DNA of 64,000 nucleotides from an uncultured delta proteobacterium (GCA_963798485.1 CAWCTR010000014.1:64001-128000), one strand, 5' to 3'. Shown: positions 48,861 to 59,458, counted from the stretch's first letter. Notes: generated by a model from the letters alone, not told the origin. Numbers and translations are program-made.

Positions 48861-50012
48861 ATGTCATCAGACGTGATTTATGTTGATTATCAGGAACTTA
48901 AGCGATTCATGAGAGAGGGCTTTATCGCCCTGGGCGTCCCCGAGGCCGATGCCCGGATCTGTGCAACCGTTCTCATCGAGTCGGATCTAAGGGGCATCGA
49001 ATCCCACGGCATCGGAAGGTTCAAGATGTATGTGGACCGCATGAAGGACGGCATCATCAGCCCGGTTGACCGGCAGACCATTATCAAGGAAACCGATAAT
49101 ACAGCCCTCATTGATGGGGGTGACTCTCTGGGCCACATAGTGGCTCACAACGCCATGCAACTCGCCATCGACAAGGCCCGGAAAAATAACGTGGGCATAG
49201 TTGCGGTAAAAAACAGCACCCACTTCGGTATTACAGGCTACTATCCCACCATGGCTGTCAAGAACAACATGGTAGGTCTTGCCTTCTCCAATGCACGGCC
49301 CTCAGTGGCTCCCACGTTTGGTTTAGAGCCCATGATAGGTACAAACCCCATCAGTTTCGGCGCCCCCTGTGATGAGACATATCCCTTCCTGCTGGATATC
49401 GCCACATCAACCACCCAGCGCGGCAAGATAGAGGTCTATGCCCGTGAGGGCAAGCCGACGCCCAAAGGCCTCACCATTGATATGAATGGCAACGAGCCGA
49501 CCGACAGCAAGGCCCTGCTGAAGCTGTTCGTTGACGGCACTGCATCGCTCCTGCCATTAGGCGGCGCCGGTGAAGAGCTTGGTGGGCACAAAGGCTACGG
49601 CCTGGGTGTCATGGTGGAAATCCTGTGCGCGGCCTTCTCCGGCGGAAGCTTCGGCAAGGATTTGACCGGCTTTGACGGTGATAAGAGCGTCCCCCACCGG
49701 CTCGGCCACTTCTTTGTCGCCATCAATATCGAGAGCTTCGTGCCTGTCAAGGTCTTCAAGATGATCACCGGCTCCATTATGCGCGAGATCAGGTCTTCCG
49801 CCAAGGTCCCCGGCCAGGACAGGATCTTCCTTGCAGGCGAGAAGGAATTCGAGATGATCGAGCGCCGCAAGAAAGAGGGCGTTCCAATCAATAAATCACA
49901 GCAGGACATCATGATCGGGCTTAAAGATGAGCTTAAACTCGGGAGTTTTGACTTCCCTTTTTTCTCACATGACAGGGCTCCCATACAAAACGCTCAACAC
50001 CATACTTCGTGA
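48861..50012 (+). CDS. Ldh_2 (malate/L-lactate/sulfolactate dehydrogenase-like) oxidoreductase
   Basis: DLRGIESHG, NSTHFG, GTNPI, LDIATS, GGHKGYGL. Confidence 0.9.
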   Translation: MSSDVIYVDYQELKRFMREGFIALGVPEADARICATVLIESDLRGIESHGIGRFKMYVDRMKDGIISPVDRQTIIKETDNTALIDGGDSLGHIVAHNAMQLAIDKARKNNVGIVAVKNSTHFGITGYYPTMAVKNNMVGLAFSNARPSVAPTFGLEPMIGTNPISFGAPCDETYPFLLDIATSTTQRGKIEVYAREGKPTPKGLTIDMNGNEPTDSKALLKLFVDGTASLLPLGGAGEELGGHKGYGLGVMVEILCAAFSGGSFGKDLTGFDGDKSVPHRLGHFFVAINIESFVPVKVFKMITGSIMREIRSSAKVPGQDRIFLAGEKEFEMIERRKKEGVPINKSQQDIMIGLKDELKLGSFDFPFFSHDRAPIQNAQHHTS

Positions 50013-50880
50013 ACGCTTCGGCGTCCGTGTACAGAAGATCACCCTCGACGCGGGCCTGACATGCCCACACCGCGACTCTGACAAAAGAGGCGGCTGCATT
50101 TATTGCAATGCCCAAGGTTCCGGAACAGGTGCGCTAGGCCGTGGTATAGGCCTTAAGGAACAGATAGAAGAGCAGATGCAGGCCATGAAGAGGCGTTACA
50201 AGGCCCAGGCCTTTATCGCCTATTTCCAGTCCTTTTCCAACACCCATGCACCTCTTGATGAATTGAAATCCATTTTCAATACCATTCTCCCTTACCCTGA
50301 GATCAAGGGCCTTGCCATCGGGACCCGTCCCGATTGTATAGACGAAGACAAACTCAGCCTCATCGAATCATATACCCCTGAGCGCCTCATCTGGATGGAA
50401 TATGGACTCCAATCCGGCAACGATAAGACACTTTTACGCATCAACCGGGGTCATGATGTGAGGACGTTCATTGATGCAGTCACGCTTACCTCACGCTTCA
50501 ACCTGCGCCGGTGCGCCCATGTCATCATCGGGCTGCCGGGTGAAGGCATGGATGACTATCTTTCTACAGCCCGGCTCATATCCTCGCTCCCTATTACCGA
50601 CATCAAGCTCCATCTGCTCTATGTGGTCAGGGGCACACCTCTTGAGGCAATGTATAATCGTGGCGAATACACACCCCTGTCCCAAATGGAATACGCACGG
50701 GCAGTGACGCAATTCATCGCCCATCTCCGTGAAGACATCGTAATCCAGCGCATCACCGGCGACCCGCATGCCGATGAACTCATTGAGCCGAAATGGGCAC
50801 TGGACAAGGGCAAGGTGCGCCAGGCCATTCATGATGAGTTTGCCTCGTCGAGCATAATCCAGGGCTGTATGGTCGGATGA
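49969..50880 (+). CDS. Radical SAM protein, YhcC/YtqA (TIGR01212) family
   Basis: LDAGLTCPHRD...GGCIYC, AYFQSFSNT, GTRPD, EYGLQS, INRGH, HVIIGLPGE. Confidence 0.9.
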   Translation: MTGLPYKTLNTILRERFGVRVQKITLDAGLTCPHRDSDKRGGCIYCNAQGSGTGALGRGIGLKEQIEEQMQAMKRRYKAQAFIAYFQSFSNTHAPLDELKSIFNTILPYPEIKGLAIGTRPDCIDEDKLSLIESYTPERLIWMEYGLQSGNDKTLLRINRGHDVRTFIDAVTLTSRFNLRRCAHVIIGLPGEGMDDYLSTARLISSLPITDIKLHLLYVVRGTPLEAMYNRGEYTPLSQMEYARAVTQFIAHLREDIVIQRITGDPHADELIEPKWALDKGKVRQAIHDEFASSSIIQGCMVG

Positions 50881-50883
50881 GAT

Positions 50884-51831
50884 ATGCGGGCATACAATCT
50901 CGATTTTGACAAAGGCCTCTTCCTTGCCCCGCTCTCGGGCTATACGAGCTGGCCCATGAGGATGCTGTGCAGGGAGTACGGGGCAGAGCTCTGCTATACC
51001 GAGATGATCAGTGCCGCAGGCCTTATCCGGAACACGCAAAATACAGGGTCACTCCTGAAGAGACCGCCCGAAGATACCCCCCTGGTTGCCCAGATCTTCA
51101 CCAATTCTCCTGAAGATGCGGTTCATGCGGCCCACATGATTGAAGACCGGGGCTTTGACGGCATCGACATAAACATGGGCTGCCCGGTAAAGAAGGTGGT
51201 GTCCAAAGGCGCCGGCGTAGCGCTTATGGCCGAGCCGGATCTAGCTGTCCGCCTGGCCCAGACCGTGATCAGGAGCGTCAATATCCCGGTGAGCATCAAG
51301 ATGCGCGCCGGATGGGATGCAAGCTCGCTCAATGCCCCTGCCCTGGCCGAGGCCCTGGAATATGCAGGCGCAGACTCCATCATACTTCACCCCAGAACGC
51401 GCTTCGACATGTACCGTGGCAGGCCCAGGTGGGAGATCCTCAAGGAGGTGAAAAACCGCATCATGATCCCTGTTATCGCGAGCGGAGATATCCGCACACA
51501 AGATGATGTGAACATGCTCAAGGGTGTCGGTGCGGATGCCTTCATGATCGGCAGGGGGGCGATCGGAAGGCCGTGGATCTTCCGCGAGCTTAAAGGCGGC
51601 CCTGCCCCTACCATGAACGAACACAAGGAACTCATGCTCAGGCACCTGGACATGCTCTGCACCTGTCATGGGTCAAGGCCCGGTGTGCGTCATATGAGGA
51701 AGTTCCTCTCATCCTATGTAAAAGGACTGCGCGGCGCCGCCCATTTCCGTATGGAGGCTTGCCTCCTCGACAAGCCCGGCCGGATTGCACAGAAAATCGA
51801 GGAATACTTTGCAGGGATCGATGAAGGATGA
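50884..51831 (+). CDS. dusB: tRNA-dihydrouridine synthase
   Basis: LAPLSG, TEMIS, DINMGCP, KMRAGW, HPRT, MIGRGA.GRPWIF. Confidence 0.9.
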   Translation: MRAYNLDFDKGLFLAPLSGYTSWPMRMLCREYGAELCYTEMISAAGLIRNTQNTGSLLKRPPEDTPLVAQIFTNSPEDAVHAAHMIEDRGFDGIDINMGCPVKKVVSKGAGVALMAEPDLAVRLAQTVIRSVNIPVSIKMRAGWDASSLNAPALAEALEYAGADSIILHPRTRFDMYRGRPRWEILKEVKNRIMIPVIASGDIRTQDDVNMLKGVGADAFMIGRGAIGRPWIFRELKGGPAPTMNEHKELMLRHLDMLCTCHGSRPGVRHMRKFLSSYVKGLRGAAHFRMEACLLDKPGRIAQKIEEYFAGIDEG

Positions 51832-51938
51832 GAGCATGGGAGTCCGAGGCTGAAGCCGTTAAAATAATTTTTAATCCATCCAGTGCTCCCGGCATGGCGT
51901 CTCCCTTCTTTGTCACGATTGTAAGCAATCTACTATTG

Positions 51939-53078
51939 TCATGATTGAAGTACACGCCCGATGGTCATGATTTCCGCCTCCTTCGTTCCCTCGTAAAGCT
52001 CGAGGATTTTGGCATCGCGGTACCATTTCTGAACGGCATATTCATCCATGTAGCCGTACCCTCCGTGGATTTCGACAGCGGCATTGGCGCAGAAGACGGC
52101 GGTCTGTCCTCCCAGGTACTTGCACATGGCGGCCAGGTGAAAGTCCGGCTTGCCGGCATCGACAAGCCATGCAGCCTTGTGGGTAAGCGTTCTGAGCGAT
52201 TCGATTCTAATGGCCATTTCCGTCAGTTTGGCCATGGTGATCTGATAGCTGCCGATAGGCGCGCCGAAAACTATTCTTTCCTTGGCATACTTGACGGCCG
52301 CGTCCAGGCAGGCCTGAGAAAGTCCTATCGCCTGACAGGAAACCAGAATCCTTGTAATATCAAAAAAATGCATCAACTGATGGAATCCCCGGCCTTCTCT
52401 TCCGATAAGGTTTTCTTGGGGGACACGAACGTCCTCAAAGCTAATTTCCGATGTATCACTGGCCCGTATGCCCATCTTTCCGTGGAGCTTGTTGCGGATG
52501 ACTCCTTTTGCATCGCCGGGGACGATAATCTGGCTGAAGCTGTTATGCCTTTTTTCCTCAGGCTTAGTGATGCACTGCACCACCATAAAATCGCAGACGG
52601 TCCCATTGGTGATAAACATCTTATTACCAGTAATGATAAAATCGGTTCCGTCTCTCACCGCCCTGGTTTTGTACCCTGCGACATCCGTACCGGCGTTGGG
52701 CTCGGTGAAGGCCCCGGCCGATACCCATTCCCCACGGCATACGGGAGGGATATATTTCTGTTTTTGTGCTTCCGTGCCGAAATAAAAAATGGCTTCACAG
52801 CCGAAAGAGGCCGCCACAATATTCAGTCCAATGCCCATATCCACTCGGGAAAGTTCTTCGGTAATGATAGCGTTACCCAGAATACCGACACCCGCGCCCC
52901 CATAGGCTTCTGGCACCCATGCAGCCACAAGACCCAGTTCGGCAGCCTTCCTGCGTATGTCAGGGGTATACTTTTCTTCCTTGTCACAGTCAAAAGAGAT
53001 CGGAGCTATCTCGTTCACAGCAAACTTATAGGTCATGTCCTTCAACATTTTGTGCTCTTCAGATAGATCGTAATTCAT
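51939..53078 (-). CDS. Acyl-CoA dehydrogenase
   Basis: FTEPNAGTD, GNKMFITNG, KMGIRASDT, EIHGGYGY, YRDAKILELYEGT. Confidence 0.96.
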   Translation of the reverse strand: MNYDLSEEHKMLKDMTYKFAVNEIAPISFDCDKEEKYTPDIRRKAAELGLVAAWVPEAYGGAGVGILGNAIITEELSRVDMGIGLNIVAASFGCEAIFYFGTEAQKQKYIPPVCRGEWVSAGAFTEPNAGTDVAGYKTRAVRDGTDFIITGNKMFITNGTVCDFMVVQCITKPEEKRHNSFSQIIVPGDAKGVIRNKLHGKMGIRASDTSEISFEDVRVPQENLIGREGRGFHQLMHFFDITRILVSCQAIGLSQACLDAAVKYAKERIVFGAPIGSYQITMAKLTEMAIRIESLRTLTHKAAWLVDAGKPDFHLAAMCKYLGGQTAVFCANAAVEIHGGYGYMDEYAVQKWYRDAKILELYEGTKEAEIMTIGRVLQS

Positions 53079-53102
53079 GGTTTTTCTCCTTTCCGATGCT
53101 CG

Positions 53103-53415
53103 TTAATAGAAGTTCTTCCCATTGAGCTTTGGGCTGAGTTCGATCAGATCGGACCACCTCATGGGTCCACCCTTATCGTCGGGGAATCCCGTGCCCCAGA
53201 TCATTCCCACATCGATCATCCTGGGATCGTCCACGATATTCCTGGCCAGGAGATCTTTCCCGACCTTGGCCATGTCCGGGAGGAGAACCCATCTGACTTT
53301 CCTCGGCCATTGCCGCCTTGGGTTCTTTAAGGACAAACAATGGGAGGACGTCCGGGTCTACGGTGCCATCTTTCACGAAGAACCCTTTCCCTGATATTTA
53401 CAGACCTAGGCGTTC
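53103..53415 (-). pseudogene. Degraded C-terminal fragment of a FadB/FadJ-type 3-hydroxyacyl-CoA dehydrogenase
   Basis: ERLGL*ISGKGFF..DG.VDPDV (stop at 53398-53400), frameshift near 53285, then IDVGMIWGTGFP..KGGPMRWSD. Confidence 0.8.
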
Positions 53416-53472
53416 CGGTTCCGATACCCGCTTTATAGTTGTCTCGGCATGAACAGCTTCTTTCTCGATCCC

Positions 53473-54693
53473 TTAAGGAACACGCAGGATGACCGCTTCA
53501 CCTTGGGCAAGGCCGCCGCAGATGGATGCCACGCCATATCCGCCGCCCCTTCGTTGGAGTTCATAAGCCATATGCATGGTGATTCTGGCAGCGCTGGCGC
53601 CAACCGGGTGCCCGATCGCAATGGCGCCGCCATTGACATTGGTCCGGTCCATTATGGCCTGCCATTTTCCATTATTGCCATCCGCCAGGATTTTTGTGGA
53701 CGTCAGGGTAACGGCGGCAAAGGCCTCGTTGATCTCAATCATATCCATCTGGTCGAGGGTTAATCCAGCTTTATCCAGGGCCTTTTGGATCGTATGGGCC
53801 GGGATCTCCGCGATAGCCCGCGGCACCATTGCCGATGCCACGGAAGCCACGATCGTGGCCAAAGGTTTCAGCCCCTTTTCTTCCGCTTTCTTCCTCGTCA
53901 TGATGAGGATCGCACTGGAGCCTGCGCTGATGGGCGGCGCATTGCCCGCCGTAACCGTCGGGCTCCCGTAAATGGGTTTCAACTTGGCAAGAGCTTCCAT
54001 GGATGTTTTCCGGGGCGACTCATCCTTGTCGATGACAATGGCCTCGCCTCTTTTTTGCGGGATCACCACGGGCATGATTTCCTCGCCTACCTTAAACTTC
54101 CCTTCGGCAAAAGCCTTTGCATATTTTGATTGGCTCCCCAACGCCCATGCATCCTGCATCTCTCGCGTTATACCATGCTCCACGGCGACTTCTCCCGCGT
54201 CCTTAGCGACGGTATTGAAGCCCTTGGCCGTGTAGCCCAGCTCAAAGAGTGAATCTATGAGCTTGATATGCCCCAACTTGGTTCCTTTTCTCAGGCCGGG
54301 GGCTAAATGAGGTGTCCGGGGCATATTCTCGGAACCAACGGCCATGGCGATTTCCGCTTCGCCTGCCTTGATGGCCCGCACGCCCAAGCGCAGGCAGGTG
54401 AGGGAAGAACAGCAGGCCCGATCGAGGGTGAGGGATATGTTCTCTGCCGGGAATCCCGCCAGAAGCGTGGCCTGCCTCGCCGGCACATCCGTCTCCAGCG
54501 CAAGTTCGGCCAGGACGCAGCTGCCGTAACTGATATCATCGACTTCACCGGGATTTATGCCGGCACGCCGTACGACCTCTTGCATCACCATGACACCGAG
54601 GTCAATACTGGGGATATCCGCCATAGCTGAATCAAAATTGCTGAAAGGCGTTCTCACGGCGCTGACAATAACAATATCATCTTTGCAATCCAT
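53473..54693 (-). CDS. Acetyl-CoA acyltransferase (thiolase)
   Basis: AVRTPF, RACCSS, TAGNA, EINEAFA, NGGAIAIGHPVGAS, ICGG. Confidence 0.95.
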   Translation of the reverse strand: MDCKDDIVIVSAVRTPFSNFDSAMADIPSIDLGVMVMQEVVRRAGINPGEVDDISYGSCVLAELALETDVPARQATLLAGFPAENISLTLDRACCSSLTCLRLGVRAIKAGEAEIAMAVGSENMPRTPHLAPGLRKGTKLGHIKLIDSLFELGYTAKGFNTVAKDAGEVAVEHGITREMQDAWALGSQSKYAKAFAEGKFKVGEEIMPVVIPQKRGEAIVIDKDESPRKTSMEALAKLKPIYGSPTVTAGNAPPISAGSSAILIMTRKKAEEKGLKPLATIVASVASAMVPRAIAEIPAHTIQKALDKAGLTLDQMDMIEINEAFAAVTLTSTKILADGNNGKWQAIMDRTNVNGGAIAIGHPVGASAARITMHMAYELQRRGGGYGVASICGGLAQGEAVILRVP

Positions 54694-54753
54694 CTTATGT
54701 GCTCTCCTTTTTGTTTGTTATATGTCCATGAATGTTAATTGTCGTAATCCCGG

Positions 54754-55521
54754 CTATTTGGCGGCCATCCGGATTGCCCCATCGATCCTGATCACTTCGC
54801 CGTTCAGCATGGGATTTTCAATAATATGACGGGCCAGGGCGGCGAATTCCTCCGGTCGTCCCAGCCGTTGAGGGAACGGCGCCATTTTGCTCAGTGCTTC
54901 ACGAGCCGCCTCCGGCAAGCCATGCAATAAAGGCGTGTCGAACAGGCCTGGTGCAATCGTCATCACCCGGATGCCGTAGTCCGCACATTCCCTGGCGATG
55001 GGCAGGGTCATGGCCACGATACCGCCTTTGGAGGCACTGTAATCCGCCTGTCCAATCTGGCCGTCGAAAGCCGCCACCGATGATGTGTTGATGATGACAC
55101 CCTTCTCGCCTTCGGAATTGGGCTCGTTTTTGACCATCTGTTCAACAGCCAGCCGGATCACGTTGAATGTACCGATAAGGTTAATCTGAATCGTCCTGTT
55201 GAAAGCGGCCAGCGGCATAGGTCCTTTTTTGGACAGAACCTTCATGGGCGCGCCACCCCCTGCGCAGTTGATCGTAATGTTGATCGCGCCGAAGGCTTCC
55301 ATGGTCTTATTGACGGCCGCCTGGACGCCTGTTTCGTCGGCCACGTTTGTTTGAGCGAAGATGACGTCCTTGCCGAGTTCTGCGGCAATCTTCTCCCCCC
55401 TGTCAGCTGCAAAATCAAAGATAGCTACCTTTGCCCCGCCTTTGAGCAAATTCCGGACGCAGGCTTCTCCCAATCCGGAAGCGCCGCCCGTAACAATCGC
55501 AACACTGTCTTTAATAATCAT
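54754..55521 (-). CDS. SDR 3-hydroxyacyl-CoA dehydrogenase (HSD10 type)
   Basis: [50 protein letters not shown]. Confidence 0.93.
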   Translation of the reverse strand: MIIKDSVAIVTGGASGLGEACVRNLLKGGAKVAIFDFAADRGEKIAAELGKDVIFAQTNVADETGVQAAVNKTMEAFGAINITINCAGGGAPMKVLSKKGPMPLAAFNRTIQINLIGTFNVIRLAVEQMVKNEPNSEGEKGVIINTSSVAAFDGQIGQADYSASKGGIVAMTLPIARECADYGIRVMTIAPGLFDTPLLHGLPEAAREALSKMAPFPQRLGRPEEFAALARHIIENPMLNGEVIRIDGAIRMAAK

Positions 55522-55813
55522 GGTTCCTCCCTTCCTATTTTAAACCCGGCCATTTCCTCCGGTTTATTGTTGCATCCCACTATGATTGGTATGTAATGCA
55601 TACTTACCTTTTAAGTCAACTTTTTTCCCATTGCTAATCCGCCGGTTCCGGCGTGTAGATAAAAATATGGAGTTATAAGAACGGCTGGTTATTTTTATGT
55701 AGAGGATGAGCAACGTGTCGGGAGACTATACGGGCAGAAAAGTCCTTTGGAAGGGGCTGATGATAGCACTCATATCAGCCGGGGAAGACGGGGATAGATT
55801 TTATGTGAGATCG

Positions 55814-56473
55814 TTAAACATCCCTGGAAATACTTTTTTTCCTGCCTGACCTCGTCTGTTTTTGAATGCCGTTGAAAACGAATTTACAGATCTCATCCGT
55901 ATATGACTCGGGCGTTACATTCGTTCCGAATATCACTTTCGGCAGGCACATGTGTTCAATGGCGCCGTTGATCATTTGACTGGCATATCGGGCGGAGATA
56001 TCCGCGCGTATATCTCCTCGTTTGACGCCCTCCTCGATAATCTTCATGAGGATATTTGAGTATTCCCTGATCTGTTCATACGTCTCGCTTTTAAAAAAAG
56101 CGGGGAAACTACGGACTTCTATAATGAGGATTTTCGCAAAGACCGGCGTTTCGTGGTAATAATTCAAAGTCGAGGAAATGAACGTCCTGATTTTGTCAAA
56201 GGTACCTTCGGCAGCCTGAAGATGTTGACGGAGGATCTTGAGGAAATCCGAATTATATTCCTGTAAAACGTCGTGCATGAGGTTCCGCTTATCTTTGAAG
56301 TACTTGTAAATCAAGGCCTCGTTGACGCCGGCGGTTTCTGCAATTTCCACCCATGTAATTGCGTCGAAACTTTTTTTCTTCAGGAGCGATATCATTGCCT
56401 TGGAGATCTTAATGCGGCCCGGCGGGGCTGGTGGCCGCTTCTGATCTTTTAGTCCAGTCACCTTCATCATCAT
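55814..56473 (-). CDS. TetR/AcrR (FadR/YsiA-like) regulator
   Basis: IAETAGVNEALIYKYFKDK HTH; IIEEGVKRGDIR. Confidence 0.9.
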   Translation of the reverse strand: MMMKVTGLKDQKRPPAPPGRIKISKAMISLLKKKSFDAITWVEIAETAGVNEALIYKYFKDKRNLMHDVLQEYNSDFLKILRQHLQAAEGTFDKIRTFISSTLNYYHETPVFAKILIIEVRSFPAFFKSETYEQIREYSNILMKIIEEGVKRGDIRADISARYASQMINGAIEHMCLPKVIFGTNVTPESYTDEICKFVFNGIQKQTRSGRKKSISRDV

Positions 56474-56497
56474 ACCTACAAAAGGAGAGATTTTTAG

Positions 56498-56538
56498 ATA
56501 AGTTTACACTTATATTTACATGCGAAGTGTGTTGTCAA
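56498..56538 (-). promoter_or_regulatory. TetR promoter overlapped by an inverted repeat (candidate operator)
   Basis: Minus strand TTGACA-N18-TATAAG; palindrome ATAAGT-N4-ACTTAT at 56498-56513. Confidence 0.55.
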
Positions 56539-56690
56539 TGAAAACTGATCACCAAGGAATAAAGACAAGGAGTTTAAAGCAAGGATAGGGAAACTTTGGG
56601 GATGCCAAACCGGTTTTTATCGATAGAGCCAACATAAAGGCATAAAATCTATTTATTCCAGTTGCAATCAAAGTCATCATTTAAGAAAGG

Positions 56691-59156
56691 TTACTTTTCA
56701 CCCAACACCTTTCTGATGGTTCTGGCCAGGTCTTCAATCTCAAAGGGCTTCATGAGAAATTCTCGAACTCCAAGCTCCTTTGCCTTCTCTTCCGTCATAT
56801 GTTCACTATACCCTGTGCATAGGATAATCGGGATGTCCGGACGGATTTTCATAAATTCCAGGGCCATCTTGTCACCCGTCATGACCGGCATGATGATGTC
56901 AGTAATCACAAGATCAAACTGCTCGGGGTGTTTCTGAAAAAGATCAAGGGCCTCTATGCTGCTTGTCCTGGAAACAACACGGTATCCCAGGTATCTTAAT
57001 CTCTCTTTTGTTGCCTTTACCAGAATCTGCTCGTCATCAATGAACAGTATCCGCTCGGTTCCATTCAGGGAAGGAGTCCCGGCGCGAGATGTCACTGCAT
57101 CTTTTTTGAATTCAATTTCCGGCAGATATATTTCAAAGGTGGTTCCTTCTCCCGGCATACTCTTACAGGTGATAGCCCCTTTGTGGCTTTTCACTATCCC
57201 GTGCACGACTGACAAACCCAAGCCTGTACCTCGGCCCTTTTCTTTGGTGGTAAAATAAGGATCAAAGATCCGCTCCAGAACCTCAGGGGGCATGCCATGT
57301 CCTGTATCTCTTATCGAGAGCCTTAAATAAGGTCCGGGTGGCAAATCCAGTGCAAGGGCTTGAGTATCTTCATGTATCTCAACTTTGTTCAGGCCCACTT
57401 CCAGCACCCCCCCCCTTTCGTCCATGGCTTGAGCAGCATTGGAACAAAGGTTCATCACCACCTGATGAATCTGGGTGGAGTCTGCCATAACACGGCCATT
57501 TGCCTGAAGGTTCTGCCGGATCTCAATGGTCTTGGGTAAGATTGCACGAAGCATCTTCAGTGGTTCTTTAATGGCGGTATCGAGCTTAAGTTGAATAAAT
57601 TCATGCTTGGTTCGGCGGCTGAAGGCAAGTATCTGTCTCACGAGGTCTTTTGCCCTGTTTGTTACCTTGAGTACCTCGTCAATATTTTTTCGTACCTTGT
57701 CGGGATCTGAAACATTTTGCATCCCGCGTTCCGTATAAGCGATAATGGCTGAAAGGATATTATTGAAATCATGGGCGATACCACCGGCCAATGTACCCAG
57801 TGCCTCCATCTTATGAGCCTGTACAAGTTGAGCCTCAAGTTTCTTTCTTTCGTCTTCAGCCCGCTTGCGGTCAGTTATGTCGAGCGAAACATTGGCGAGA
57901 AGCATTGGTGCTCCTGTCCCAGTTTCTGTGATGGTGAAGGTAACTGCGTGTACATCAGTAAGTTTGCCGGTCTTGAGGTTGCGATATTGCAACTCACCTT
58001 CCCAGGTGCCACCCTCCATCAGTGCCGGCAGGAGTTCACATTGCACCTTCTCTTGTAAATGATCAGGTATAACCTGAAGGATGTTTACCTGTTCAACCTC
58101 TTCAGGATAAATGCCCAACATAGCTCTCCCTGCTTCATTGAGAAAGATCATCTTCCCGTCAAGGTTTGACAGGTTGACGAACTCGCTGCTGTACCTGACC
58201 AATGATGCCAACTTCTGGAGTTCTTCCTCCACTTGTTTGCGCTTGGTGATGTTTTCAAGTGTTTCGATGGCTCCTACCAGGTCTCCTGAAGAATTCCTGA
58301 TCACGGCTGCGGTAAAACGAAGCCATGTTCCTTTTTCCCCCAGAGATGGAAAAAAGTCGGTGGCTTCATAGGCCTCATTGATTAAAGGAGACTTACTGAA
58401 CTTGTTGGGATACCACTCGTGAATCGTTTCTAATGCTCCATCGACAATAAGATCGGCCATGCAAGGCCTTTGGTTGTCATAGAAGGCCTTCCAGTGATCA
58501 CAGGTGCCTACCATGTCCCCCGTTTTCATCCCGCTCAAATGCTCCAAGGCCTCATTCCAGGAAATGACCCTATGATCTTTGTCAATGACAAAAGTGGCAA
58601 TTGGGGAGCCATGGAGGATAATCTGCAGTCTCTGCTCGCTCTCTCTCAGCGCCTCTTCGGCTTGTTTACGCTCGGTGATATCCCGGATTACCCCGTCGTA
58701 GGAAATGAGATTACCCCTTAGATCAAAGTGGAGCACCGGTGTGTTACTGACCCAACGCACACTTCCATCTTTGCGACGTATACGGTGCTCGATACGGCCG
58801 ATATTATCTCCCTTAAGAATCTGTGAGGCATGATCCCGGACTATTCCCTGGTCTTCTTCCACAACCATGTTGAACCACAGAAAGGGATCCTTTTCTAACT
58901 CCTCGGCGGTGTATCCGGTCACGGGTTCACAAACAGGAGTATGCAATGTGCGGACAGCAATGCCATCTTCAACTTCAACGGTGAAGATGTAATCGGTAAT
59001 AGCCGAGGTTATCCGGCGATACCTCTCTTCGCTCTCCTTAAGGGCATCCTCTATCTTATTGTTATCAGTATTTGATTTTTCTAATTCGGTTACCAGTCGG
59101 CGAGCATCAACCAACTCTTTTATGAGCTGCTCTTTTGTTACACCTTCATAATTCAC
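56691..59156 (-). CDS. Cytoplasmic hybrid histidine kinase (3 PAS, HisKA, HATPase, REC)
   Basis: DITERK PAC motifs, LAGGIAHDFNN, NLCSNA, DTGHG, PYFTTK..GTGLGL, FIDDE, ITD, CTG, KP. Confidence 0.95.
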   Translation of the reverse strand: MNYEGVTKEQLIKELVDARRLVTELEKSNTDNNKIEDALKESEERYRRITSAITDYIFTVEVEDGIAVRTLHTPVCEPVTGYTAEELEKDPFLWFNMVVEEDQGIVRDHASQILKGDNIGRIEHRIRRKDGSVRWVSNTPVLHFDLRGNLISYDGVIRDITERKQAEEALRESEQRLQIILHGSPIATFVIDKDHRVISWNEALEHLSGMKTGDMVGTCDHWKAFYDNQRPCMADLIVDGALETIHEWYPNKFSKSPLINEAYEATDFFPSLGEKGTWLRFTAAVIRNSSGDLVGAIETLENITKRKQVEEELQKLASLVRYSSEFVNLSNLDGKMIFLNEAGRAMLGIYPEEVEQVNILQVIPDHLQEKVQCELLPALMEGGTWEGELQYRNLKTGKLTDVHAVTFTITETGTGAPMLLANVSLDITDRKRAEDERKKLEAQLVQAHKMEALGTLAGGIAHDFNNILSAIIAYTERGMQNVSDPDKVRKNIDEVLKVTNRAKDLVRQILAFSRRTKHEFIQLKLDTAIKEPLKMLRAILPKTIEIRQNLQANGRVMADSTQIHQVVMNLCSNAAQAMDERGGVLEVGLNKVEIHEDTQALALDLPPGPYLRLSIRDTGHGMPPEVLERIFDPYFTTKEKGRGTGLGLSVVHGIVKSHKGAITCKSMPGEGTTFEIYLPEIEFKKDAVTSRAGTPSLNGTERILFIDDEQILVKATKERLRYLGYRVVSRTSSIEALDLFQKHPEQFDLVITDIIMPVMTGDKMALEFMKIRPDIPIILCTGYSEHMTEEKAKELGVREFLMKPFEIEDLARTIRKVLGEK

Positions 59157-59458
59157 GTTTTCTTTTCTCCTGCCATGGAACCAGAGGTTCGTTTTTCTTG
59201 AAATCCCATTTGATCAGTAAGTTAATATTACCTCCAAATATTATAACATGAACCTGCACGAAAACCACAAGGAGTTGCTTGGTTGTCTTAGGGCTGATCC
59301 ATACTGCGTGCTTTCAATGCAGTCTTTGTTTTTTCTAAGCAGGAGGGATTGTCGCCTACAGGAAAGGCATTTCCATTCATATGGTAAAAATATTCCCATA
59401 TGACATGTATTACAAGCATACAATATTGCTAACAAATTGATATTCCGCCAACAATATT

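Noticed and set aside
51828-51944. Short ORF MRAWESEAEAVKIIF... overlapping the dusB stop (ATGA)
   Set aside because: Could be the stub of a gene interrupted by the beta-oxidation cluster, but it is too short and has no recognisable similarity
51945-53066. 373-aa plus-strand ORF antisense to the acyl-CoA dehydrogenase
   Set aside because: Codon-registered shadow ORF of a conserved gene; no recognisable motifs or RBS
56585-56632. GGGAAAC...GGGGATGCCAAACC resembling a c-di-GMP-I riboswitch
   Set aside because: The P2 GNRA stem is missing and no plus-strand gene lies downstream
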